A stretch of 64,000 nucleotides of DNA from NCBI GenBank assembly GCA_965267345.1, contig OZ253947.1, positions 138,814 through 202,813 on the forward strand, read 5' to 3'. This document shows positions 10,674 to 19,232 of this stretch, in pieces (position 1 is the first letter of the stretch; each line of letters opens with the position of its first letter). The notes under the pieces were generated by a model that was not told the origin of the DNA, did no database searches, and saw only the letters and a program-made list of their open reading frames with translations. This DNA comes from Minisyncoccota bacterium (GTDB lineage: Bacteria; Patescibacteriota; Minisyncoccia; Phycocordibacterales; UBA2100). Position numbers and translations under genes: made by a program.

Positions 10674-11663
10674 ATGACGAACGCTGAGGAACATCGACAC
10701 CCACTCATTGACGAGTACGCGAACGACCCACGCGTGGCTTTTTTGGTGCAGGAGTATGAGCGTCTCGAGGGTGAAGCGTACGAAGCACGCCAGCTTGGTA
10801 CTGCCGACGCGGAAATGATGGCACTGGCACGCGAGGACATTCAGCGCATTGAAGAAGCACAGCAGCAGCTCGTTGCACAGATTGAAACTATTGTAAAAAG
10901 CGACGAAGAAGAGCAGCAATTTCCGAATGAGGCAGTGCTTGAGGTGCGCGCCGGTGCCGGTGGCGAAGAAGCGGCACTTTTTTCAGAAGAATTGGCGCTG
11001 ATGTACCTGAAGTATGCTGAATCGCAACGATGGCAGACCCGTGTGCTCGATGAGTCGCGTGCCGCAATGGGTGGCTACAAGGAAGCATCATTTGAAATAA
11101 AGGGACAGGGGTGCTATAAGCGTCTGCGATTTGAAACCGGTGTGCATCGTGTCCAGCGTATTCCGGCAACAGAGAAACAGGGGCGCATCCACACATCAAC
11201 GGCGAGTATTGCCATGCTGCCGGTGTATAAGCGCACGACCGTTGAGATTAACCCAGCTGACCTAGAAATTGAGTTTTCACGGGCCGGCGGTAAAGGGGGA
11301 CAAAACGTCAACAAAGTTGAAACGGCGGTACGACTGACGCACAAACCAACCGGACTGACGGTGCGCTGTACCGCTGAGCGTAGTCAGCAAAAAAACCGTG
11401 AAAAAGCCTATTCCATTATTGCCTCACGCTTGCAGCAGATTCACGATGAAGAGCTTGAGCGAAAGCGCTCGACGCAACGCGCGGCGCAAGTGGGTAGTGC
11501 CGATCGCTCTGAGAAAATCAGAACCTACAATTTCCCGCAGGATCGCATTACCGACCACCGCATCAAGGAATCGTGGTCGGGCATCGAGAAAGTGATGGGC
11601 GGTGCACTAGACAGCATCCTCGATGCGGTGAGTGAGGGTCTTGACGCAGAAGACGAGCGCTAA
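10674..11663 (+). CDS. prfA: Peptide chain release factor 1
   Basis: [12 protein letters not shown] (PxT motif), [17 protein letters not shown]. Confidence 0.95.
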   Translation: MTNAEEHRHPLIDEYANDPRVAFLVQEYERLEGEAYEARQLGTADAEMMALAREDIQRIEEAQQQLVAQIETIVKSDEEEQQFPNEAVLEVRAGAGGEEAALFSEELALMYLKYAESQRWQTRVLDESRAAMGGYKEASFEIKGQGCYKRLRFETGVHRVQRIPATEKQGRIHTSTASIAMLPVYKRTTVEINPADLEIEFSRAGGKGGQNVNKVETAVRLTHKPTGLTVRCTAERSQQKNREKAYSIIASRLQQIHDEELERKRSTQRAAQVGSADRSEKIRTYNFPQDRITDHRIKESWSGIEKVMGGALDSILDAVSEGLDAEDER

Positions 11664-11737
11664 AGCGCCTATTGCGATTCTGGAGGCAATCTGGTACTAT
11701 CGCGCTACCCGCAACGGCGGGGATTTGTAATACGATT

Positions 11738-12454
11738 ATGGCCACAGACAATAAAACAATGATTCAAGAGCTTTTTAGTGCAGGAACGCACTTTGGCTAC
11801 ACACGTACACGCCGCAATCCAAGTGTGGTTCCGTTTCTTTTCGGGCAAAAGAACCGAAACGACATTTTTGATCTCGAGCAGACCGTACAGAAGCTCGAGG
11901 AGGCACAGGGTGCCGTTGCTGACACTATTGCTGCAGGCAAGGAAGTGCTTTTTGTTGCGGGGAAAAATGAGGCGTTCCGCATCGTGCGCGCCGCTGCCGA
12001 CAAAGCAGGACAGCCGTACGTATGCGGTCGCTGGATTGGCGGTACACTCACGAACTTTAAAGAAATTAGCAAGCGCACCAAGCGTCTTGATACACTCCGT
12101 ACTGACAAACAGAAAGGAAACCTCGATAAGTACACGAAGAAAGAGCGCCTCTTGATTGATCGCGAAATTGAAGATCTCGAGGAGACATTTGGTGGTATTG
12201 CTGACATGAAGGAGCTTCCCGCAGCACTGTTTATTGTTGACCCGCGTCACGAAGACATTGCCGTACGCGAAGCACAGACACTCGGTATTCCGATTATTGC
12301 ATTGGCAAACTCTGACTGTGATCTCTCACGCATTGCATTCCCAATCCCGGGAAATGATGCTTCGACGAAGAGTATTCAGTACGTCGCTGACGCGATCGTA
12401 CAGGCTGTTGCGGACGGCAAAAAGCGTCGTCAGAGCACAGCAGCACAGAAGTAA
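11738..12454 (+). CDS. rpsB: 30S ribosomal protein S2
   Basis: AGTHFG, RWIGGTLTNF, IPGND. Confidence 0.97.
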   Translation: MATDNKTMIQELFSAGTHFGYTRTRRNPSVVPFLFGQKNRNDIFDLEQTVQKLEEAQGAVADTIAAGKEVLFVAGKNEAFRIVRAAADKAGQPYVCGRWIGGTLTNFKEISKRTKRLDTLRTDKQKGNLDKYTKKERLLIDREIEDLEETFGGIADMKELPAALFIVDPRHEDIAVREAQTLGIPIIALANSDCDLSRIAFPIPGNDASTKSIQYVADAIVQAVADGKKRRQSTAAQK

Positions 12455-12529
12455 TTGCAGCAACGCACCACAAGCGGTGGAGAACCGCGGTGCCAACATA
12501 TTAATGGCGTAACACGACTACGTAGCACT

Positions 12530-13108
12530 ATGGTATCAACAGATGACATCAAGCAACTCCGAGACGAAACAGGGGTTTCTATTATGCAGTGTAAGAAGGC
12601 GCTTGAGGAAGCCGACGGCGACATTGAGAAGGCAAAGGTGAGCCTCCGCAAAATTAGCGCGCAGGTGGCAGCCAAGAAGTCAGATCGCGAACTCGGTAGT
12701 GGCGCAGTACAGGCGTACATCCACCAAGGAAACACCGTTGCGGGTGTTGTGGTACTTGCGTGCGAAACAGACTTCGTCGCAAAAAATGAGGAGTTTGTAC
12801 AGCTAGCCTACGACATTGCTATGCACGTTGCCGCGATTGCACCGGAATTTCTCTCAAAAGACGACGTGACTGAAGAAGCAACAAAGGCAGCGCGCGCGGT
12901 GTTTGAGGAGGAAGCTGCCGACAAGCCTGAGGACATGCGCGAGAAGATTGTAGCAGGGAAGTTGGATGCATTCCTCAAAGAAAAGGTGCTGCTCGACCAG
13001 CCATTTGTGAAAAATGCCGACACGACAGTGCGTCAGTTGCTCGATGAGGCAACACAGAAGTTCGGCGAGCGTGTTGAAATTGCCGAGTTCTCTCGCTACG
13101 CTGTGTAG
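12530..13108 (+). CDS. tsf: Elongation factor Ts (short form)
   Basis: IKQLRDETGVSIMQCKKAL, CETDFVA. Confidence 0.96.
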   Translation: MVSTDDIKQLRDETGVSIMQCKKALEEADGDIEKAKVSLRKISAQVAAKKSDRELGSGAVQAYIHQGNTVAGVVVLACETDFVAKNEEFVQLAYDIAMHVAAIAPEFLSKDDVTEEATKAARAVFEEEAADKPEDMREKIVAGKLDAFLKEKVLLDQPFVKNADTTVRQLLDEATQKFGERVEIAEFSRYAV

Positions 13109-13124
13109 GTACTACCGGCGGTCT

Positions 13125-13550
13125 ATGAGTACCATTATTACATTTGCCATAGCGCTTGGCGCTCTCGTACTCTTTTTTGCATACAAAGTACTTGAGCGAT
13201 CACGCTCATTTCCGCGCTATCAGCGGATACGTTCACGTGCAGATGCACTCGTTGTTCGTTGGGGTACAGCGGTTGAAGCACGCATCCGCTACGTTGAGGA
13301 TAAGGTGTCGCTGCATGGCGTCGTGCGCGACTTGGCACATACCGGTGCACATGGCGTTGCGTATGCTGCACGCACGGTTGAGCAGCGCGCATTGGCCGCA
13401 ACGCGGCGCTTATCGCGCAACGGCCATCGACAGGGTACCGAGAGTCGCTCACCTTTTTTGCATGAGGTGTCTTCTCACAAAAGTAGCCTTGACACTGACC
13501 GCGTAAAACGAGAGACTAGCTTGGCCGACGCTGATACAGCATCGGAATAG
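13125..13550 (+). CDS. Hypothetical membrane-anchored protein
   Basis: ATG just after tsf, N-terminal TM followed by a basic region. Confidence 0.65.
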   Translation: MSTIITFAIALGALVLFFAYKVLERSRSFPRYQRIRSRADALVVRWGTAVEARIRYVEDKVSLHGVVRDLAHTGAHGVAYAARTVEQRALAATRRLSRNGHRQGTESRSPFLHEVSSHKSSLDTDRVKRETSLADADTASE

Positions 13551-13636
13551 CCCGCGTGCCAGAGTAAGAGAAATCTTCTTCTGTCTGCGTTCGCGGGGAA
13601 TACGAATGTGGTACACTCGTATTCCGCCACTCACTT

Positions 13637-13712
13637 GCCAGAGTAGCTCAGTTGGTAGAGCAACCGCCTTGTAAGCGGTAGGTCAGCGGTTCGAATCCGC
13701 TCTCTGGCTCCA
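13637..13712 (+). tRNA. tRNA-Thr(TGT) with encoded CCA
   Basis: GCCAGAG acceptor stem, D-arm TAGCTCAGTTGGTAGAGC, anticodon loop CT-TGT-AA, GGTTCGAATCC T-arm, ends CTCTGGCTCCA; upstream TGG-TACACT -10 box. Confidence 0.97.
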
Positions 13713-13913
13713 GAAATGACACACTCCCAAGCTGAAAGGTTGGGAGTTTTGTATTTCTTGCCAGATACTGATTCGAAAGACGGAGCCGGTATACAAGACG
13801 AAGCGCAGCGAAGTGCTTGTCGGCGAGTCCGGGCAGGAGCCACTTATCCTGAGCGCACGAAGGATTAGTGAGCTGACGCCGAATCCGCTCTCTGGCTCCA
13901 GAAATGACACACT
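13692..13913 (+). repeat. 34 bp direct repeat of the tRNA-Thr 3' end flanking a structured element
   Basis: CGAATCCGCTCTCTGGCTCCAGAAATGACACACT at 13692-13725 and 13880-13913. Confidence 0.9.
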
Positions 13914-13986
13914 ACTCAAAGTAGGGTGCAAAACTCTTGAATTAACTCTAGAGCTGCCTCCAGAGTTTTTGCTATACTGAGTATCT

Positions 13987-14376
13987 ATGAAAGGATTTAT
14001 CACCAATATCGAAAACGATACGCTCGGTAATGAGCACTATCGTCGCGTGCTCTACACTGCACGCTACAGCCAGTTAGTAGTTATGAACCTTCGTCCAGGT
14101 GAAGAAATTGGGGAAGAGGTACATGGCCTCGATCAGTTTATTCGCATTGAGCAGGGGCAGGGTAGTGTAGTCCTTGATGGAGTTACTTCTGAGGTGCAGG
14201 CCGAGTGGGCCATTGTGATTCCTGCCGGCACACGACACAATGTCATCAACACGTCCGAGGTCACTGATTTGAAGCTCTACACCATCTACTCACCACCCGA
14301 GCACAAAGACGGGGTGCAGCAGGCAACAAAAGCCGACGAGTACGAGGAACACTTTGACGGTACGACAACTGAATAA
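13987..14376 (+). CDS. Cupin domain protein
   Basis: EIGEEVH..DQFIRIEQG, IPAGTRHNV, YSPPEH. Confidence 0.92.
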   Translation: MKGFITNIENDTLGNEHYRRVLYTARYSQLVVMNLRPGEEIGEEVHGLDQFIRIEQGQGSVVLDGVTSEVQAEWAIVIPAGTRHNVINTSEVTDLKLYTIYSPPEHKDGVQQATKADEYEEHFDGTTTE

Positions 14377-14403
14377 AAACGCCCCAAGTGGGGCGTTTTT
14401 ATT
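14372..14403. terminator. Bidirectional hairpin terminator
   Basis: AATAAAAACGCCCCA-AG-TGGGGCGTTTTTATT between convergent genes. Confidence 0.7.
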
Positions 14404-15088
14404 GACTGTCCTCGTCGCCGAGCGCATCAGTACTGGTGGCAATTGTTGCCAGCTCGGGCAGAATTGCCTCAATGTCAGCAACGCTCTGAAAGCCTGAGTA
14501 AGCAGTATCGTTAATCACCAGTGCGGGAAGCTCATTCGGGATGTCACGCACTGAAATGAGCGTCTGCAGTGCAGCTAAATCAAGGTTGTAGTCGAATGAG
14601 TAGATGCGCAGTGTCGGGTAGGTGCGAGTCAGCTCAGTGAGGACGTAGCCTTGGCGCTCACAATCTTCACAGCTGCCGTCATTTGCGTAGAAGTAGAGGA
14701 GAAAGATCGGCTCAAGATCACACTTTTCAGCAACCTTTTCCATAAGGAGTAGGTCTTTGATTTCAAGCAGTGAGTAGTGGCGCTTGAGACGGCGCACCTC
14801 TTCATTGTTGACGCCAAGCTGTGATTCCGCGAATGAGAGTTTACGCGCGAGCGACTCAAGTTCACTGGAGAGCACCGAGTTTTCGGAAATGGTTTTGCAC
14901 GACTGCTCCTCGAGTAGTTGGAATTGTGTCTCGAGCGAAAGAATGTCAATAGAAATACCTTCTTCAATGGCGCGCAGCTGCTCAACACGCTTCTCATTAA
15001 AAAACGTGTTCACGGCAATGGCGGTGATAAAGATGAGTGTCGCAATGACGAATGCAAGCAAGTATTTTGTCCACGGAGTTGAGCGCAT
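14399..15088 (-). CDS. Membrane-anchored protein with C-terminal thioredoxin-like CxxC domain
   Basis: N-terminal TM, coiled coil, YFY...CEDC and cis-Pro-like LPALVIN. Confidence 0.7.
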   Translation of the reverse strand: MRSTPWTKYLLAFVIATLIFITAIAVNTFFNEKRVEQLRAIEEGISIDILSLETQFQLLEEQSCKTISENSVLSSELESLARKLSFAESQLGVNNEEVRRLKRHYSLLEIKDLLLMEKVAEKCDLEPIFLLYFYANDGSCEDCERQGYVLTELTRTYPTLRIYSFDYNLDLAALQTLISVRDIPNELPALVINDTAYSGFQSVADIEAILPELATIATSTDALGDEDSQ

Positions 15089-15143
15089 AGGTGAGTTCAC
15101 TAATTACTGTGCGCGAAACTGTAGCACGAGCACGTACGGGGCG

Positions 15144-16376
15144 CTAGCGCCACCGTACGCCGCTGCTTGCAACAGCTTTGTAGAGCGCTGCGGTAAGCCA
15201 TAGTGGTGCAATAAAACCGTAGAGAGCGATGTAGACAGGAATATCGGCTGAAAATGACGGATCCTGAGCGAGGCGCTTCCCGATACCCATCAGCACGACG
15301 GTGAGTGCCACCACCACGATGGTCATGCTCAGCACTACATCGGTACTAATGTAGAAGAGTTCGATATCAGCGTGCGGCAGCGAAACGCCGACGGTCTGCA
15401 TGCGCGTCAACTCTTGCGCAATGAGTACCAGTACATTCCAGAGTACCGACATGAATAAGAAAATTGCTCCGAGTAGTGAGAAGAGGGTGATGGGAAGCAC
15501 CAGCAGACCGAGCGTGCCGTAGTGTGGATTGAGGAACATAAAGCGGTAATCGACCGCATTTTTCAAGAAGCCGTAGGTCCAGCGTACGCGCTGGCGCACG
15601 AGCTGCGCAAACGATTCAGGTGTTTTGGTGTATACGCGCGCCCGTGGCTCATTGACAATTCGTTTGTGGAATCGTTGCAGGCGAAGTCCCATCTCAAGGT
15701 CCTCAGTGCTGTGTGCGTGCTTCCACGGTCCCACTTCTTCGATAACGCTGCGACGGAAAAACGAAAACGGTCCAGGGGTGATGAATACTGCGTCGGCAAG
15801 TGCAAACGTTTTACGTATAAAAATAGAAAGGCCGTACTCCGCCTTTTGCACCACCTGTAGGAGACTGCGAGCACCGGCGACCTTGATGCTCGGTGTGATT
15901 GCCGCTACCTGCTCGTTGGCGACAAAGTGCGGTACCAAGTATAGGAGCGCATCAGCGTCCACGTACGAGTCGGCGTCGAGGCAGCCAATGAGGTCGGCGG
16001 TGGTGTGGGCGAGTGCCGCATTCATGGCACTGTGCTTGCCGCCGTTTTTCTTGTCGATAATGTGCACTGACGGATACTGCGCAAATGCAGAGAGGGTCTG
16101 CAGGGTCGCATCAGTTGAACCGTCATTGACCGCAATAATTTCAAGTTTGTCTTTCGGGTACGTGAGTGCAAGCAGTGATTCGATGGTACGTCCCACGGTC
16201 GCCTCTTCATTGAAGCACGGCACGATCACTGCCACACGCGGAAGTGTCGCATCGTCAGGTGACGCCGGTGCGCTGTGCTCTACGCCGAGGTGCTCAAGAA
16301 AGGTGATGAGCAGAAAAATCTCAAAATAGAGTGACACAAACAACACCGCGTGCATGAGTATACTCGCAATGTCCAT
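15144..16376 (-). CDS. Processive GT2 glycosyltransferase (PgaC/IcaA/cellulose synthase-like)
   Basis: VPCFNEE, DGSTD, DADS, TED and QRVRW motifs; C-terminal TMs. Confidence 0.92.
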   Translation of the reverse strand: MDIASILMHAVLFVSLYFEIFLLITFLEHLGVEHSAPASPDDATLPRVAVIVPCFNEEATVGRTIESLLALTYPKDKLEIIAVNDGSTDATLQTLSAFAQYPSVHIIDKKNGGKHSAMNAALAHTTADLIGCLDADSYVDADALLYLVPHFVANEQVAAITPSIKVAGARSLLQVVQKAEYGLSIFIRKTFALADAVFITPGPFSFFRRSVIEEVGPWKHAHSTEDLEMGLRLQRFHKRIVNEPRARVYTKTPESFAQLVRQRVRWTYGFLKNAVDYRFMFLNPHYGTLGLLVLPITLFSLLGAIFLFMSVLWNVLVLIAQELTRMQTVGVSLPHADIELFYISTDVVLSMTIVVVALTVVLMGIGKRLAQDPSFSADIPVYIALYGFIAPLWLTAALYKAVASSGVRWR

Positions 16377-16481
16377 GGGTCGATTCTAGCACGTGTGCGC
16401 AAAAAATGGCAGCAGTACTGCTGTTTTGAGGATAGTGACGTGTTTGGTCCGCAGTGTTTCTTGATGCTATACTCACAGGTA

Positions 16482-17210
16482 ATGGCGCACGAAGATTCGC
16501 ACTACATACACCCCATTACTGACGCGATTCGGCACATCACTGCTATTTTTTCTGATCTCGGATTTGAAGTTGCGTCAGGACCTGAGCGGGAGACGGAGCA
16601 CTATAACTTTGATGCTCTTAATGTTGCTAAAGATCACCCTGCACGCGATATGCAGGACACCTTCTGGGTTGACGACGACCACGTGCTGCGCACACACGAC
16701 ACGGCGGTGACGGCGCGTAAGCTCGAAGAGCACGACGGAGCGATGCGCTTTGTCTCATGTGGTAAAGCGTATCGCAATGAGGCAACTGACATGACGCACG
16801 AGGCGCAATTCTTTCAGGTAGATGCATTTGCGCTCGGCGAAGATGTTTCACTTGCGCACCTGAAGGGCACACTCGAGACATTCTTTACCCGCTTTCTTGG
16901 GAGTGCTGTCGACATACGATTCCGACCGGGATACTTTCCGTTTGTTGAACCGGGTGTTGAGGTAGACATGCGCCTCAAGGGTGCGTCAGTACCCGAGCGC
17001 CTCAAGGGCAAGTGGATTGAGATTCTCGGCGCCGGTATGCTCCATCCGAACGTACTGCGCGCCGGTGGTATTGATCCGGAAACCTATCAGGGGTGGGCAT
17101 TTGGCGGTGGTATTGAGCGCTTGTGCATGCTCAAGTGGGGGATCGACGACATTAGGGCATTTCATGCAGGAGATCTGCGCGTTATTCAGCAATTTCACGC
17201 AAACGTATGA
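16482..17210 (+). CDS. pheS: Phenylalanine-tRNA ligase alpha subunit (N-terminally shortened)
   Basis: NFDALN..HPARDMQDTF, RPGYFPFVEP, GWAFGGGIERL. Confidence 0.96.
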   Translation: MAHEDSHYIHPITDAIRHITAIFSDLGFEVASGPERETEHYNFDALNVAKDHPARDMQDTFWVDDDHVLRTHDTAVTARKLEEHDGAMRFVSCGKAYRNEATDMTHEAQFFQVDAFALGEDVSLAHLKGTLETFFTRFLGSAVDIRFRPGYFPFVEPGVEVDMRLKGASVPERLKGKWIEILGAGMLHPNVLRAGGIDPETYQGWAFGGGIERLCMLKWGIDDIRAFHAGDLRVIQQFHANV

Positions 17211-19129
17211 AAGTAAGCTACGAATGGCTCCAGAGTTTTTTTGCTGAAAGCTCACTGCCACCGGCAGCAGCTGTTGCGGAAAAGCTTGTCTTTCACGCGT
17301 ATGAAATCGAGGATGTCGCAGACGTGAACGGCACCGCAGTACTGGATGTTGACGTGTTGCCCAATCGCTCATCCGACTCGCTTTCGCACCGCGGCATTGC
17401 CCGAGAGGTGTCGGCGCTGTTTGAAATACCAATGGCACGTGACCCGCTCCGCACGACTCCGGAGCTGCAACCACAGACTGATGCAGTGACGGTGCAGCTC
17501 GATCCCGACGCCTCGTGTTCGTACTACGTGGCAGCACACATACAGGGCGTGACGATTGGCGAATCACCTGCATGGTTAAAAGAGCGACTTGCTGCAATTG
17601 GACAAAAACCAATCAACAACGTCGTTGATGCGACAAATTATGTACTGTTTGAACTCGGTCAACCAACGCACGTATTTGATGCGCGCAAACTTTCGGGCGC
17701 ACCGGCACACATCGCGACGCGTCGCGCTCGCGACGGTGAGCACATAACACTCCTCGGAGAAGCGCTGGTGCAGTTGGATACGTCGATGACGGTTATCGTT
17801 GACGGCACGAACGACACGCCGCTTGCAGTTGCCGGCGTGAAAGGAGGGACTGCCGCAGAGGTGACGGACGACACTGTCGATATCATCGTCGAGTCAGCAC
17901 TGTTTGATCCGGTCGCAACGCGCAAAACGGCACAGGCACTCAAACTGCGCACTGATGCATCGACTCGTTTCGAGAATCGTGTGCCGGCACCACTGCCGGC
18001 GTATGGGGCACAGGCGCTCGCGGCGCTCATTGTCGATAGTGCAGGCGGCACCTGCACCGGATTTACTCGCGCCGGCGGCGCAACACACACACCCGCAACA
18101 ATTACCGTGACGACAGCACACATTGCACGTTTGCTCGGTGCATCAATTGATGCAGACACCGTTGCGGGCATTCTTGATCGACTGCAGTGCACGTACACAC
18201 ACGAAGCGGGCAGCTTTACGGTGACGCCGCCATTTGAACGCACCGATCTTGTGATTCCCGAAGACATTATTGAAGAAATTGGCCGCGTATACGGCTATAG
18301 CACTATCGAAAGTGCGCAGCTCGCAGTGCCACCTGAGCGGCCGCCACACCTGCATAAAAAGTATGCCTACGCTGAGCGTATCCGTGCGGCACTTGATGCT
18401 GTTGGGTGCACTGAAGTGTACTTGTACTCACTGCGTGATAGCGGCGACGTGGAATTGCGTAATGCACTTGCAAGCGACAAAGATCATCTCCGTGCGTGCC
18501 TCGCTGACGGTATTACCGAGACACTTGATGCAAACGAGCCGCGCATGCCGCTCCTTGGTCTGTATGATGCGGTGCGCGTGTATGAAATCGGCACTGTATT
18601 TGCGCCTGAGACAGAGGCAACGCACGTTGCCGTCGGTGTGCGGGTCGCCGGTACTAAGAAGCGCGCCGAGCGCACCGCAGCGGCATTCGCACCGATACGC
18701 GACGCACTGCAGGGCGTGCTCGGTGCCGATGCAGTTCCTGAGCCAGACGGCGAGGTGATCGAGATCAACCTCGATGCGCTTCTCGACACACTCCCCGATG
18801 TTGACGCATACCCCGAAGGGGCGCGAATCGACGAGGCGGTCAGCTATTGTGCGCCATCGAGCTACCCGTTCGTACTACGCGACATCGCGGTGTGGGTGCC
18901 CGACGCAACGGCTACCGACGAACTCACCGCCCTCATTACTACGCACGGCGGCACGCTTTTACAGCGCATCGATTTGTTTGATGTGTTCAGTAAGGACGGA
19001 CGCACGTCGTATGCATTTCACCTTGTGTTCCAGTCGCGCGAGAAAACACTAACCGATGCAGCAGTCGGCACGATTATGGACGCACTTGAGTCCGATATCA
19101 GCCGTCGGGACGGCTGGGAGGTTCGCTAG
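17207..19129 (+). CDS. pheT: Phenylalanine-tRNA ligase beta subunit (short)
   Basis: MKVSYEWL, PNR.D.LSHRGIAREV, INNVVDATNYV, DIIEEIGRVYGY, FDX-ACB RDIAV; ATGA overlap with pheS. Confidence 0.95.
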   Translation: MKVSYEWLQSFFAESSLPPAAAVAEKLVFHAYEIEDVADVNGTAVLDVDVLPNRSSDSLSHRGIAREVSALFEIPMARDPLRTTPELQPQTDAVTVQLDPDASCSYYVAAHIQGVTIGESPAWLKERLAAIGQKPINNVVDATNYVLFELGQPTHVFDARKLSGAPAHIATRRARDGEHITLLGEALVQLDTSMTVIVDGTNDTPLAVAGVKGGTAAEVTDDTVDIIVESALFDPVATRKTAQALKLRTDASTRFENRVPAPLPAYGAQALAALIVDSAGGTCTGFTRAGGATHTPATITVTTAHIARLLGASIDADTVAGILDRLQCTYTHEAGSFTVTPPFERTDLVIPEDIIEEIGRVYGYSTIESAQLAVPPERPPHLHKKYAYAERIRAALDAVGCTEVYLYSLRDSGDVELRNALASDKDHLRACLADGITETLDANEPRMPLLGLYDAVRVYEIGTVFAPETEATHVAVGVRVAGTKKRAERTAAAFAPIRDALQGVLGADAVPEPDGEVIEINLDALLDTLPDVDAYPEGARIDEAVSYCAPSSYPFVLRDIAVWVPDATATDELTALITTHGGTLLQRIDLFDVFSKDGRTSYAFHLVFQSREKTLTDAAVGTIMDALESDISRRDGWEVR

Positions 19130-19232
19130 GCGCACGAAGCTATCCACCGTGATTCGGGCGCGCTTTTCAGCGCGTTTTTTGGTATACTAGGGTGACGTTG
19201 AGGGCGCCTCACAGCGCTCTCTTTGTAAGAAT

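Noticed and set aside
13860-13900. Second tRNA gene
   Set aside because: Only the 3' part of the T-arm and acceptor strand is present; no D-arm or anticodon arm
13692-13913. Prophage or genomic island at tRNA-Thr
   Set aside because: The repeats are only 188 bp apart and there is no integrase or cargo; reported as a mini-element instead
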